A stretch of 64,000 nucleotides of DNA from Burkholderiales bacterium (GTDB taxonomy: Bacteria; Pseudomonadota; Gammaproteobacteria; Burkholderiales; Ga0077523), in contig JALHMS010000010.1 in NCBI GenBank assembly GCA_022843925.1, positions 70,257 through 134,256 of the forward strand. The letters run 5' to 3'. The translations under genes and the position numbers were made by a program. The notes under the pieces were generated by a model. The model saw only the letters and a list, made by a program, of their open reading frames with translations. It had not been told where the DNA came from and ran no database searches. Shown piece by piece: positions 46,846 to 57,596 of this stretch. Each line of letters starts with the position of its first letter. Position 1 is the stretch's first letter.

Positions 46846-47212
46846 ACCGCTTTCGGGGCCATGGGCCCCTCCTACAGGGCTGGTCGGTGCGCCACCTACC
46901 TCGGAAATGGGCGAGCTGTTGTAGGAGCGGGCCATGCCCGCGAAAGCGATGGTTCCGGTCAATCCGCTTCCGCAGCATCCACCGCTTTCGGGGCCATGGG
47001 CCTCTCCTACAAGGTAGGGGCGCCATCCGCCTCGGGACGGGCCTCGCCTCTGTAGGAGCGGGCCATGCCCGCGAAAGCGATGGTTCCGGTCAATCCGCTT
47101 CCGCAGCATCCACCGCTTTCGGGGCCATGGGCCCCTCCTACAAGGTAGGGGCGCCATCCGCCTCGGGACGGGCCTCGCCCTTGTAGGAGCGGGCCATGCC
47201 CGCGAAAGCGCG
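46846..47212. repeat. REP/REPIN cluster with 131-bp period (6 REP copies)
   Basis: Forward REP TGTAGGAGCGGGCCATGCCCGCGAAAGCG at about 46919, 47050 and 47181. Inverted REP CCGCTTTCGGGGCCATGGGCCCCTCCTACA at about 46849, 46983 and 47114. Confidence 0.9.
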
Positions 47213-47250
47213 GGTTGCGTGAAGCGCTGCCGTAGCTTCGACGCGCCTCT

Positions 47251-47610
47251 CTACCCACCCGCCCTCTTCGCGGGAATCCCCTCCGCCGCCAGCGCCGCGA
47301 CGACGCGGTCGCAATGATCGCCCTGCACTTCGATCACGCCATCCTTCACCGTGCCGCCGGACCCGCATGCCGCCTTCAATCGCTTGCCGAGATCCGTCAA
47401 CGCGTCCGGTGCGAGTGCCAGTCCCTTCACCAGCGTGACGCACTTGCCGCCGCGGCCTTTCGTCTCGCGCGAGACGCGTACCGGGCCGGCGGCGGGCGGC
47501 GCGCTCTTCGGGCGGCCGCACACGCATTCGGCGAGGGGGCGGCGGCAACCCGGGCACGTGCGGCCGACGGCAGTGGAATAGACGAGGCCACCGGTGGCGT
47601 TCTTCTTCAT
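47251..47610 (-). CDS. yciH: SUI1/eIF1-family translation initiation factor homologue
   Basis: Start at ATG 47610 (MKKNATGGLVYST...CPGC...). RVSRETKGRGGKCVTLVKGL...LKAACGSGGTVKDGVIEVQGDH is typical YciH. Confidence 0.85.
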   Translation of the reverse strand: MKKNATGGLVYSTAVGRTCPGCRRPLAECVCGRPKSAPPAAGPVRVSRETKGRGGKCVTLVKGLALAPDALTDLGKRLKAACGSGGTVKDGVIEVQGDHCDRVVAALAAEGIPAKRAGG

Positions 47611-47720
47611 GGAGATCACAGGAGATCGGAACGAGGACGCCGGATTGTCCGCGCGAACGGAGAACGCGTCACCTCCACTCGTGCTCTGCAGCTGATGGGG
47701 CGGCTCGGACGGAGGAGGGG

Positions 47721-50426
47721 TCAGGTCATGCCGCCGATGCGGCGCAGCACGGCCTTCTCGATCTCCAGGATCACCAGGACCGCCAGTCCGGCGGCGACGA
47801 TGCGGGCACCCCACGCGAGCGGCAGCGCCTCGGTGTGGAAGAGCTGCTGCATCAGCGGCAGGTAGGTGAACAGCAACTGCAGGACGAAGACGCCCGCCAC
47901 CGCGGCCAGCACCCGCGGCGTGCCCTGCACGCCCTGCCAGCTGAAGGAGCGCGACTTCAGATAGCGCACGCTGAACAGATAGAACACCTCCATGCACACG
48001 AGGGTGTTCACGGCCACGGTGCGCGACGCCTCCACGCTGGCGCCGGTCCGGAGCGCCCATTCGTACATGGCGAAGATGCCGGCAAGGAACAGGGTGGACA
48101 CGAACACGATGCGCCAGACGAGGAAGCGCGACAGCAGCGGCTCGCCGACGGGGCGGGGCGGACGCCGCATCACGTCGGCCTCGGTCGGCTCGAAGGCGAG
48201 CACCATCGCCAGCGCGACCGAACTCACCATGTTCACCCACAGCACCTGGGCGGGCAGGATCGGCAACGCGATCCCCAGCAGCACGGCCAGCAGCAGGGTC
48301 AGCGACTCGCCGCCGTTGATCGGCAGCAGGAAGGTGACTGTCTTCTGCAGGTTGTCGTACACGGTGCGGCCTTCCTCGACGGCGTGGGCGATGGACGCGA
48401 AGTTGTCGTCGGCCAGCACGACAGCGCCGGCCTGCTTGGCGGCCTCCGTCCCCTTCCTGCCCATCGCCACGCCCACGTCGGCCTGCTTGAGTGCCGGGGC
48501 ATCGTTGACGCCATCACCGGTCATCGCGACGATCTCGCCATTCGCCTTCATGGCGCGCACGAGTCGCAGCTTGTGCTCGGGGCTCGCGCGCGCGAAGACG
48601 CGGGCATCGCGCACCACCTCGCGCAGCGCCGCTTCGTCCATCGACTCGATCTCGGGCCCGGTGACGGCGGCACGCCCTCCGCCCAGGCCGATCTGCCCGG
48701 CGATCGCACTGGCAGTGACGCCGTGGTCGCCGGTGATCATCACCACGCGGATCCCGGCCTGCTGGCAGCGCGCCACGGCCTCGACGGCCTCCGTGCGCGG
48801 CGGATCGATGATGCCGACGATCCCCAGCAGCGTCAGCCCTTGCTCCACGTCGGCATGCTGCAGATCGGTCCGTCCGCCCGGCAACGCGCGCTCGGCCAGC
48901 GCGAGCACGCGCCGCCCGGCGCGCGCCTGCGCCTCGACGGCCTCCCGCCAGACCTCGTGCGCCAGCGGTTCGGATGGACCGTCGTCGACGGCCTGATGGG
49001 CACACATCGCCAGCACGCGCTCCGGCGCGCCCTTCACCAGCACCACGCTGCCATCGCCCTGCCGGTGCAGCGTGGCCATGAAACGGTGCTCCGATTCGAA
49101 CGGGATCACGTCGATCCGCTCCTGCTCGATCTTGAGTTCCGTCGGGTTGAGGCCGGCCTTCAGGGCCAACGTGATCAGCGCCCCCTCGGTCGGGTCCCCG
49201 GCCAGATGCCAGCCGGCGCCGTCCTCGTGCAGGCTGGCGTCGTTGCACAGCGCGGCGCTCCTCGCCAATCGCATCAGTACCGGGTCGGTGTCGGCCAGGC
49301 GGGACACGTCGACGGTCCGGTCGTCGCGCAGGATCACGCCGTCGGGCGCATAGCCGGCACCCTGGACCTGAAAGCTCTGCCGGGCGCACACGACCGACTG
49401 CACCGTCATCTCGTTGCGGGTGAGCGTACCGGTCTTGTCGGAGCAGATGACGGTCACCGAGCCCAGGGTCTCGACGGCCGGCAGGCGTCGGATCACCGCA
49501 TTGCGTCGTGCCATGCGCTGGACGCCGATCGCCAGCGTGATGGTGAGGATGGCCGGCAGGCCTTCGGGGATCGCTGCCACGGCCAGACCGACCGCGGCCA
49601 TGAAGGTGTCTGCGACCGTCATGTCGCGCACCAGCACGCCGAACCCGAACAGGAGCGCGGCCGCGCCGAGAATCGCCAGTGTCAGGCGCCGGCCGAAGAC
49701 GCTCATCTTCTCGAGCAGCGGCGTCGTGCCGGCTTCCACCGACGCCAGCATCCGTCCGATGCGGCCGATCTCGGTGGTCGCGCCGGTCGCCACGACCACG
49801 ACACGGGCCTGGCCCTGGGTGACCAGCGTGCCGGCATAGCCCATGCACAGCCGGTCACCGAGCGTGGCGTCGGCTGCCACCGGGTCGGTGCTCTTGTCCA
49901 CCGGCACCGATTCGCCGGTGAGCGCGGACTCGTCGACGCGCAGATTGCGCGCCTGCAGCAGCCGCACGTCGGCCGGGAGACTGTCGCCCGAGGCGAGCAG
50001 CACGATGTCGCCGGGCACGAGGTCAGCGGCGTCGATATCGTGCTGCCGGCCGTCGCGCAGCACGACGGCGTGGGGAGCGAGCAGGTGGCGTATCGCCTGA
50101 AGCGCGCGCTCGGCCTTGCCCTCCTGGACGAAACCGATGAGCGCGTTCAGAACGACGACCGCGGCGATGACACCGCTGTCGATCCAGTGCCCCATGGCGG
50201 CGGTCACGGCGGCGGCCACCATCAGCACGATCAGCAGCAGGTTGTTGAACTGTCGTAGCAATCGCGCGAGCAGCCCGGGCGGATCGGGTTCGGCCAGGCG
50301 ATTCGGCCCGTAAGCCTCGAGGCGGCGACCGGCCTCTTCCCGTGCGAGCCCCTCGGGGCCGGTGTCGAGCGCCTGCAAGGCAGCCGACGCCTCGACGGCA
50401 TGCCACTGTGTCTTCCTATCGTTCAC
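47721..50426 (-). CDS. Cation-transporting P-type ATPase (P2/P3-like, HAD-IC)
   Basis: GTG start after GAGGAG. Motifs: LTGESVPV, CSDKTGTLT, MITGDH and TGDGVNDAPALKQADVGVAMG. Ten-TM type architecture. Ion specificity is not determinable. Confidence 0.9.
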   Translation of the reverse strand: MNDRKTQWHAVEASAALQALDTGPEGLAREEAGRRLEAYGPNRLAEPDPPGLLARLLRQFNNLLLIVLMVAAAVTAAMGHWIDSGVIAAVVVLNALIGFVQEGKAERALQAIRHLLAPHAVVLRDGRQHDIDAADLVPGDIVLLASGDSLPADVRLLQARNLRVDESALTGESVPVDKSTDPVAADATLGDRLCMGYAGTLVTQGQARVVVVATGATTEIGRIGRMLASVEAGTTPLLEKMSVFGRRLTLAILGAAALLFGFGVLVRDMTVADTFMAAVGLAVAAIPEGLPAILTITLAIGVQRMARRNAVIRRLPAVETLGSVTVICSDKTGTLTRNEMTVQSVVCARQSFQVQGAGYAPDGVILRDDRTVDVSRLADTDPVLMRLARSAALCNDASLHEDGAGWHLAGDPTEGALITLALKAGLNPTELKIEQERIDVIPFESEHRFMATLHRQGDGSVVLVKGAPERVLAMCAHQAVDDGPSEPLAHEVWREAVEAQARAGRRVLALAERALPGGRTDLQHADVEQGLTLLGIVGIIDPPRTEAVEAVARCQQAGIRVVMITGDHGVTASAIAGQIGLGGGRAAVTGPEIESMDEAALREVVRDARVFARASPEHKLRLVRAMKANGEIVAMTGDGVNDAPALKQADVGVAMGRKGTEAAKQAGAVVLADDNFASIAHAVEEGRTVYDNLQKTVTFLLPINGGESLTLLLAVLLGIALPILPAQVLWVNMVSSVALAMVLAFEPTEADVMRRPPRPVGEPLLSRFLVWRIVFVSTLFLAGIFAMYEWALRTGASVEASRTVAVNTLVCMEVFYLFSVRYLKSRSFSWQGVQGTPRVLAAVAGVFVLQLLFTYLPLMQQLFHTEALPLAWGARIVAAGLAVLVILEIEKAVLRRIGGMT

Positions 50427-50823
50427 CGGATCTCCTCGACGGGGCCGAAATACTGTCGCGTGTCATCGATGTCACGCGTCCCCTTGCGCGCCCCACGGCC
50501 CGATCGTTCCACATCGGGTCGTCCGACCACAGGGGCGACGCAAGGGCCGTCCCGAACGACAACATCGGGATTGGTCGGCCCTGCCTCGCGTGCTGGGGGT
50601 TGTGCGAATGGACGCACCGGACCTGGGACCCGACTCCGCGACGGCAAGACAACGGCGGCCGGGTTGGTGTTCCGTCCGGACCGCGAATCCATAAGCGCAA
50701 GTTTGGCGCCCCATTAGCAGAACCGATCCGTCGTGGCGGTGGCACGACCTAGACTCCGGGCCTTTGCCGTCGGCGCACCCTGCACCGACTTCCCTCGCAC
50801 CGCCTCTTCCGGAGACCCGCTCC

Positions 50824-52503
50824 ATGGCATCGGACATCGAAATCGCCCAGCAGGCGACCCTGCATCGCATCACCGACGTGGCGTCGAAGCTCGGCATCGC
50901 CGACGAACACCTGGAGCCCTACGGCCACTACAAGGCGAAGATCTCCCTCGACTACCTCGCGAGCCTGCCGCCGCGGCCGAATGCGAAGCTCATCCTCGTC
51001 ACGGCGATCAGCCCGACCCCGGCGGGCGAGGGCAAGACGACCACCACGGTCGGCCTCGGGGATGCCCTCAACCGGATCGGCAAGCGCGCCATCGTGTGCC
51101 TGCGCGAACCCTCGCTCGGACCGGTGTTCGGCGTGAAGGGCGGCGCGGCCGGCGGCGGCTACGCGCAGGTGGTTCCGATGGAGGACATCAACCTCCACTT
51201 CACGGGCGACTTCAACGCGATCGGCCTGGCGAACAACCTGCTCGCCGCGATGATCGACAACCACATCCATCACGGCAACGAACTGGGCATCGACGTCCGT
51301 CGCATCACCTGGAAGCGCGTGATGGACATGAACGACCGGGCGCTGCGCGACATCACCGTATCGCTCGGCGGGCCGGCCAACGGCTATCCGCGCGAGGACG
51401 GCTTCGACATCGTCGTCGCGTCGGAAGTGATGGCGATCTTCTGCCTCGCGACATCCATCGCGGACCTGAAGGAACGCCTCGGCAACATCGTCATCGGTTA
51501 CACGCGCGAGCAGAAGCCGGTGACGGCGCGCGAGCTGGAGGCGCACGGCGCGATGACCGTGCTGCTCAAGGAAGCGCTGAAGCCCAACCTCGTGCAGACG
51601 CTCGAGAACAATCCGGCCATCCTGCACGGCGGCCCGTTCGCGAACATCGCGCACGGCTGCAACTCGGTGATCGCGACGCAGGCGTCGCTGCGGCTCGGCG
51701 ACTACGTGGTGACCGAAGCCGGCTTCGGCGCGGACCTCGGTGCCGAGAAGTTCATCGACATCAAGTGCCGCAAATCCGGCCTGCGGCCCGACGCGGTGGT
51801 CATCGTCGCGACGTTGCGGGCGCTCAAGTACCACGGCGGGGTCGACGTGAAGAACGTATCGCAGGAGAACCTCGCGGCGCTGGAGGCCGGCATCGCGAAT
51901 CTCGAACGGCACGTCCGCAACGTCCGCGAGCACTACGGCCTGCCGTGCGTCGTCTCCATCAACAACTTCACGTTCGACACGCCGGCCGAGCTGGACCTCC
52001 TCCAAGGCCGCATGCGGAAGCTCGACACGCCGGTGTTCGTCGCGCGGCACTGGGCCGAAGGCGGCAAGGGCGCGGAGAACGTCGCGCGCGCCGTGGTCGA
52101 TCTGGTCGAGCGGCCGGGTGCCGGCACGAACTTCAAGTTCGTGTACGAGGACAGCGCCACGCTCGTCGAGAAGATCACCGCGATCGCCACGAAGATCTAC
52201 GGCGCCGCGAACGTCGTGTTCGACGGCAAGGCGAAAGCCCAGGTGAAGAAGCTGGAGGAGGACGGCTTCGGCGGATACCCCGTGTGCGTCGCGAAGACGC
52301 AGTACTCGTTCTCGACCGACCCGGCCGCGCGGGGTGCGCCCTCGGGCCACACGATCAACGTGCGCGAAGTGCGCCTCGCGGCCGGCGCCCAGTTCGTCGT
52401 GATGATCTGCGGCGACGTCATGACCATGCCCGGCCTGCCGAAGCAGCCCTCGGCCGCGAAGATCGATCTCGACGAGCAGGGGCGCGTGGTCGGCCTGTTC
52501 TGA
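50824..52503 (+). CDS. fhs: Formate-tetrahydrofolate ligase
   Basis: Start at ATG 50824 ([11 protein letters not shown]). [16 protein letters not shown]-loop, 559 aa. Confidence 0.95.
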   Translation: MASDIEIAQQATLHRITDVASKLGIADEHLEPYGHYKAKISLDYLASLPPRPNAKLILVTAISPTPAGEGKTTTTVGLGDALNRIGKRAIVCLREPSLGPVFGVKGGAAGGGYAQVVPMEDINLHFTGDFNAIGLANNLLAAMIDNHIHHGNELGIDVRRITWKRVMDMNDRALRDITVSLGGPANGYPREDGFDIVVASEVMAIFCLATSIADLKERLGNIVIGYTREQKPVTARELEAHGAMTVLLKEALKPNLVQTLENNPAILHGGPFANIAHGCNSVIATQASLRLGDYVVTEAGFGADLGAEKFIDIKCRKSGLRPDAVVIVATLRALKYHGGVDVKNVSQENLAALEAGIANLERHVRNVREHYGLPCVVSINNFTFDTPAELDLLQGRMRKLDTPVFVARHWAEGGKGAENVARAVVDLVERPGAGTNFKFVYEDSATLVEKITAIATKIYGAANVVFDGKAKAQVKKLEEDGFGGYPVCVAKTQYSFSTDPAARGAPSGHTINVREVRLAAGAQFVVMICGDVMTMPGLPKQPSAAKIDLDEQGRVVGLF

Positions 52504-52786
52504 CGGCATCGCGATGCGACGGGTGGCGCAATGCGGTGGCCACCCGCGCCATCCGGCGCCGCCCGCCAGCGCCGCGCAATCCGCGCCAAGCCTCTGTTTG
52601 TCCAGGAAAGTGGTCGCGATTTTGTCGAACATATGAGATTTTTTTCATAACTTCGGGTGCCGCAGCGCGCCATAAGTTATTGTTTGCAGAGCGATAACAA
52701 ACTTCGATCAGACGATTTCCACGCTCCCCTACACTGGCCTCGTCGTCTAGAACAGACGCACCAGATCCCCCGACCCGAGGCCCACC

Positions 52787-54049
52787 GTGTTCGACCACAA
52801 GCAAGCGATCTCCGAGACCGACCCCCAGCTCTGGGCGGTCATCGGCCATGAACTCCAACGTCAGGAAGATCACCTCGAGCTGATCGCTTCCGAGAACTAC
52901 GTGAGCCCGGCGGTGATGCGGGTGCAGGGTTCCGTTCTCACCAACAAGTACGCGGAAGGCTATCCGGGCAAGCGGTACTACGGCGGCTGCGAACACGTCG
53001 ACGTGGCCGAGCAGCTCGCGATCGAGCGCGCGAAACAGCTCTTCGGTGCCGAGTACGCCAACGTCCAGCCCCACTCGGGTTCCCAGGCCAATGCGGCCGT
53101 CTACATGGGAATGCTCACCCCTGGCGACACCATCCTCGGCATGTCGCTCGCGCACGGCGGTCATCTGACCCACGGCGCCACCGTCAACTTCAGCGGGAAG
53201 ATCTACAAATCGGCCGCCTACGGCCTGAACCCCGAGACCGAGGCGATCGACTACGACGAAGTCGCGGCCATCGCGCGCGAGGTGAAGCCGAAGATGATCG
53301 TGGCCGGCGCCTCGGCTTATTCGCTCACCATCGACTGGAAGCGCTTCCGCGCGATCGCGGACGAGGTGGGCGCCTACCTGCTGGTGGACATGGCCCACTA
53401 CGCGGGTCTCGTCGCCGCGGGCGAATACCCGTCGCCGGTCGGCATTGCGCACTTCGTCACCAGCACAACGCACAAGACGCTGCGCGGTCCGCGCGGCGGG
53501 ATCATCCTGTCGAGCGCCGAGTTCGAGAAGACGCTCAACTCCATGATCTTCCCCGGCATCCAGGGCGGCCCGCTGATGCATGTCATCGCCGCGAAGGCCC
53601 TCGCCTTCCAGGAGGCGCTCCGGCCGGAGTTCAAGACCTACCAGCAGCAGGTCAAGAGGAACGCGCAGGCCATGGCGCATCGCCTCACCGAACGCGGTCT
53701 GCGCATCGTCTCGGGCCGCACCGAGAGCCACGTCTTCCTGCTGGACCTGCGGGCGAAGCGCATCACCGGCAAGGCAGCCGAGGCCGTGCTGGGCCGTGCG
53801 CACATCACCGTCAACAAGAACGCGATCCCCAACGACCCCGAGAAGCCGTTTGTCACGAGCGGCATCCGGATCGGCTCACCGGCCATCACGACCCGCGGCT
53901 TCGGCACCGAAGAGGCCGTGAAGGTGGCGGACCTCATCGCCGACGTGCTCGAAGCGCCCGACGACGACGCTGCGATCGCCCGCACGGTGGAGCGGGTGCG
54001 CGCGCTGTGTTCGGTCTTCCCGGTGTACGGCCCCGACTACCGACCCTGA
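52787..54049 (+). CDS. glyA: Serine hydroxymethyltransferase
   Basis: GTG start after [31 protein letters not shown] and the PLP-Lys motif [14 protein letters not shown]. Confidence 0.95.
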   Translation: MFDHKQAISETDPQLWAVIGHELQRQEDHLELIASENYVSPAVMRVQGSVLTNKYAEGYPGKRYYGGCEHVDVAEQLAIERAKQLFGAEYANVQPHSGSQANAAVYMGMLTPGDTILGMSLAHGGHLTHGATVNFSGKIYKSAAYGLNPETEAIDYDEVAAIAREVKPKMIVAGASAYSLTIDWKRFRAIADEVGAYLLVDMAHYAGLVAAGEYPSPVGIAHFVTSTTHKTLRGPRGGIILSSAEFEKTLNSMIFPGIQGGPLMHVIAAKALAFQEALRPEFKTYQQQVKRNAQAMAHRLTERGLRIVSGRTESHVFLLDLRAKRITGKAAEAVLGRAHITVNKNAIPNDPEKPFVTSGIRIGSPAITTRGFGTEEAVKVADLIADVLEAPDDDAAIARTVERVRALCSVFPVYGPDYRP

Positions 54050-54159
54050 CCCGCGATGCCGGGCGCGGCCGTGCCCGGGTTCGCACCACCCGATTTCCAT
54101 CACCCGACACCACGCATCCCAACCCCGATTCCCACAAACCGATTCCCAGGAGGTCTGCC

Positions 54160-55386
54160 ATGGCTGGTCGCAACGCTCTCTTCGTTCCCGGACCCACCAA
54201 CGTGCCCGATCGCGTGCTGCGCTCGATGATGGTCGCGATGGAGGATCACCGCTCGCCAAAGTTTCCGGAACTCACGCTGCACTGCCTCGCAGGCCTGAAG
54301 AAGATCTTCAAGACCGAGACCGGCACGCCCATCATGTTCCCCGCGTCGGGAACGGGCTGCTGGGAAGCGGCACTCACGAACTGCCTCTCGCCCGGCGACA
54401 AGGTCCTCGCCTCGCGATTCGGTCAGTTCAGTCATCTCTGGATCGACATGGCGACCCGTCTCGGCTTCGAGGTCGAGATCATCGATTGCGAATGGGGCAC
54501 GGGCGTCCCGCTCGAGCGCACTCTCGAAGTCCTCGAAGCCGACAAGGGTCACCGCATCAAGGCCGTGCTCGCCACGCACAACGAGACGGCCACGGGCGTG
54601 ACGAGCGACATCGCCGGGGTGCGCCGCGCGATGGACGCCGCGAAGCATCCCGCCCTGCTGATGGTGGACGCGGTCAGCTCGCTCGGCAGCATCGATTTCC
54701 GCATGGACGAGTGGGCCGTGGACGTCTGCGTCACCGGCTCTCAGAAGGGCCTGATGCTGCCCGCGGGCTTGGGCATCGTGTGCGTCAGCCCGAAGGCGCT
54801 CGCGCTGCGCGAGCAGGCACGCGCCCCCCGCTGCTACTTCGACTTCGGCGACATGGTGAAGGCCAACACCTCGGGCTACTTCCCGTACACGCCGCCGCTG
54901 CCGCTGCTCTACGGTCTGCGCGAATCGCTCTCGATGCTCGAGGAGGAAGGTCTGGAGAATGTCTTCCGCCGGCATCACTACCTCGCCGCGGGTGCGCGCG
55001 CGGCCGTTCAGAAGGGCTGGAAGCTCGACCTCTGCGCGCGGGCGCCCAAGTGGTACTCCGACACCGTCTCGGCGATCCTCGTCCCCGAAGGCATCAACGG
55101 TGCGCAGGTGATCGAGATCGCGTTCCGCCGCTACAACCTGTCGCTCGGCGCCGGGCTGTCGAAGGTGGCCGGCAAGGTGTTCCGCATCGGCCATCTGGGC
55201 GATCTCAACGAGATCATGCTGCTCGGCGCGATCGGTGGCGCAGAGATGGCGATGCTGGATGCCGGCGTCCAGATCGCCCCCGGCAGCGGTGTCGCGGCGG
55301 CCCAGCAGTACTGGCGCGGGGAGGAAGCCGCCCGCAAGCTGGCCACGAGCGCCGACGCGGCCCGCCTCGTACCGGCGGGGGCCTGA
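54160..55386 (+). CDS. sga: Serine-glyoxylate aminotransferase (class V aminotransferase)
   Basis: Start at ATG 54160 after AGGAGG. LFVPGPTNVPDRVL and TGSQKGLMLPAGLG (PLP Lys). Serine-cycle gene context. Confidence 0.85.
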   Translation: MAGRNALFVPGPTNVPDRVLRSMMVAMEDHRSPKFPELTLHCLAGLKKIFKTETGTPIMFPASGTGCWEAALTNCLSPGDKVLASRFGQFSHLWIDMATRLGFEVEIIDCEWGTGVPLERTLEVLEADKGHRIKAVLATHNETATGVTSDIAGVRRAMDAAKHPALLMVDAVSSLGSIDFRMDEWAVDVCVTGSQKGLMLPAGLGIVCVSPKALALREQARAPRCYFDFGDMVKANTSGYFPYTPPLPLLYGLRESLSMLEEEGLENVFRRHHYLAAGARAAVQKGWKLDLCARAPKWYSDTVSAILVPEGINGAQVIEIAFRRYNLSLGAGLSKVAGKVFRIGHLGDLNEIMLLGAIGGAEMAMLDAGVQIAPGSGVAAAQQYWRGEEAARKLATSADAARLVPAGA

Positions 55387-55389
55387 CGC

Positions 55390-56340
55390 ATGGGGCACAC
55401 CGTGGTCTTTCTCGACCGGGATTCCGTCAAGGCCCGGGTACGCGCACCGGCGTTCGAGCACACGTACGTCGAGCACCGGGCGACGGCGCCCGACGAGGTC
55501 GTCGATCGCCTGCGGTTGGCCACGGTGGCCATCGTCAACAAGGTGCAACTGCGCGAGCCCACTCTCGCGCAGTTGCCGAACCTGCGCATGATCGCGGTGG
55601 CCGCCACCGGCTACGACTGCATCGACGTCGCCGCATGTCGCGCGCGCGGCATCGCGGTGGCGAACATCCGCAACTACGCCGTCCACACGGTGCCCGAACA
55701 CGCCTTCGCGCTGATCCTCGCATTGCGCCGCAACCTCATCGCCTATCGGCGCGACGTCGAGGCCGGCGTGTGGCAGAAGGCCGACCAGTTCTGCTTTCTC
55801 GACCACGACATCCGGGATCTTCACGGCTCGACGCTCGGCATCGTCGGCGAGGGGGCGATCGGGCAGGCCACGGCCACCATCGCCCGGGGCTTCGGCATGC
55901 ACGTTCTGTTCGCCGACCACGCGCCGCCCAAGGCACCGGGTGTGGAGTACACGCCCTTCGACGAAGTGCTCGAACGTTCCGACGTGCTCAGCCTGCACTG
56001 CCCGCTCATGCCGGCCACACGCAACCTGATCGGCCTGCCGGAGATGCGGCGCATGAAGCGCAGCGGCCTGCTGATCAACACCTCGCGCGGCGGGCTCGTC
56101 GACGAAGAGGCGCTGATCCACGCGTTGGACGCTGGTCTCATCGCGGGCGCCGGCTTCGATGTCCTCACGACCGAGCCACCCCGCGACGGGCATCCCCTGT
56201 TGGACGTGCGCCGGACGAACTTCATCCTGACACCCCACGTGGCGTGGGCGTCGCAGGAGGCCATGCAATTCCTCGCCGACCAGCTCATCGACAACATCGA
56301 GGCGTGGGCTGCGGGTCGCCCGCAGCATCTCGTGACGTAG
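55390..56340 (+). CDS. hprA: Hydroxypyruvate reductase / D-glycerate dehydrogenase (D-2-hydroxyacid dehydrogenase family)
   Basis: [16 protein letters not shown]-binding motif, [13 protein letters not shown] and TPHVAWAS. It lies between sga and mtkA. Confidence 0.8.
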   Translation: MGHTVVFLDRDSVKARVRAPAFEHTYVEHRATAPDEVVDRLRLATVAIVNKVQLREPTLAQLPNLRMIAVAATGYDCIDVAACRARGIAVANIRNYAVHTVPEHAFALILALRRNLIAYRRDVEAGVWQKADQFCFLDHDIRDLHGSTLGIVGEGAIGQATATIARGFGMHVLFADHAPPKAPGVEYTPFDEVLERSDVLSLHCPLMPATRNLIGLPEMRRMKRSGLLINTSRGGLVDEEALIHALDAGLIAGAGFDVLTTEPPRDGHPLLDVRRTNFILTPHVAWASQEAMQFLADQLIDNIEAWAAGRPQHLVT

Positions 56341-56410
56341 CCGGCGCCGTCCCCGCGGGGACGATCTGCAGCCCCCCACCAAGACCTGCACCACCCCTCG
56401 GAGACCAAGG

Positions 56411-57583
56411 ATGGACATTCACGAGTACCAGGCGAAGGAGCTTCTGCACCGGTTCGGGGTGCCGATACCGCGCGGGGGCGTGGCCTACAGCGCGGACCAG
56501 GCGGTGTACGTCGCGACCGAGCTGGGTGGCTGGCACTGGGCGGTCAAGGCGCAGATCCATTCGGGCGCCCGCGGCAAGGCGGGGGGTGTGAAGCTCTGCC
56601 GCACGTACCACGAGGTGGCGGAGGCCGCGAAGGGGATGCTCGGCACCTGCATGGTGACGGCGCAGACGGGCCCGGCCGGCAAGATGGTGAGCCGTGTCTA
56701 TGTCGAGATGGCCGAGCCCTTCGAGCGGGAGATCTACCTCGGCTTCGTGCTGGACCGCAAGGCGGAGCGCATCCGGGTCATCGCCTCGGGCGCGGGCGGC
56801 ATGGAGATCGAGGAGATCGCCCACGCCCGCCCCGAAACGATCCTGCAGGTGGAGGTGGAGCCTGCCGTGGGACTGCTGCCCTTCCAGGCGCGGCAGATCG
56901 CTTTCGGACTCGGCCTCAATCTGAAGCAGGTCAGCCAGGCCGTCGCCACGATGCTCGGCTGCTACCGGGCCTTCCGCGATCTCGACGCGACGATGGTCGA
57001 GATCAACCCGCTGGTCGTCACCAAGGATGACCGCGTGATCGCGCTCGACGCGAAGATGTCGTTCGACGACAACGCAATCTTTCGCCGCGCCCAGATCGCC
57101 GAGATGCGCGACGTCACCCAGGAGGATCCGCGCGAGGCCCAGGCGAACCAGCTCGGCCTGAACTACGTGGGGCTCGACGGCGACATCGGCTGCATCATCA
57201 ACGGCGCGGGCCTCGCGATGGCGACGATGGACATGATCAAGTACGCGGGCGGCGAGCCCGCCAACTTCCTCGACGTGGGCGGCGGGGCCTCGCCGGAACG
57301 CGTGAAGCAGGCCTTCGATCTGGTCCTGTCCGACAAGGGCGTGCGGGCGATCCTCGTGAACATCTTCGCGGGCATCAACCGTTGCGACTGGGTCGCACAG
57401 GGCGTGGTGCAGGCCGCGCAGGACCTAAGGGTGCCGCTCGTCGTGCGCCTCGCCGGTACCAACGTGGAGGAGGGCCAGCGCATCGTGCGCGAGAGCGGCC
57501 TGTCGATCATCACCGCCGAGACGCTCGCGGAGGCCGCCCACCGGGCCGTCGCCGCGGCGCGGGCGCATCGCGAAGCCGCCTGA
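56411..57583 (+). CDS. mtkA: Malate-CoA ligase (malate thiokinase) beta subunit
   Basis: [35 protein letters not shown] and [12 protein letters not shown] follow Methylobacterium MtkA as I recall it, rather than a generic SucC. Context with mtkB and mcl. Confidence 0.85.
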   Translation: MDIHEYQAKELLHRFGVPIPRGGVAYSADQAVYVATELGGWHWAVKAQIHSGARGKAGGVKLCRTYHEVAEAAKGMLGTCMVTAQTGPAGKMVSRVYVEMAEPFEREIYLGFVLDRKAERIRVIASGAGGMEIEEIAHARPETILQVEVEPAVGLLPFQARQIAFGLGLNLKQVSQAVATMLGCYRAFRDLDATMVEINPLVVTKDDRVIALDAKMSFDDNAIFRRAQIAEMRDVTQEDPREAQANQLGLNYVGLDGDIGCIINGAGLAMATMDMIKYAGGEPANFLDVGGGASPERVKQAFDLVLSDKGVRAILVNIFAGINRCDWVAQGVVQAAQDLRVPLVVRLAGTNVEEGQRIVRESGLSIITAETLAEAAHRAVAAARAHREAA

Positions 57584-57596
57584 ACCGGAGCCCCCC

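Noticed and set aside
50560-52786. Possible ZTP (pfl) or THF-type riboswitch upstream of fhs and glyA, both classic riboswitch-controlled folate genes.
   Set aside because: A GGGTCGT..GGGGCGAC stretch (~50515-50560) and ACCTGGGAC (~50620) vaguely recall ZTP elements. However, the conserved GACTGGCG and CCGCCTGGGCA blocks are absent, and the candidate lies about 200-300 nt from the fhs start. Nothing comparable lies upstream of glyA. An Rfam covariance scan would settle it. A hit above threshold would overturn this rejection.
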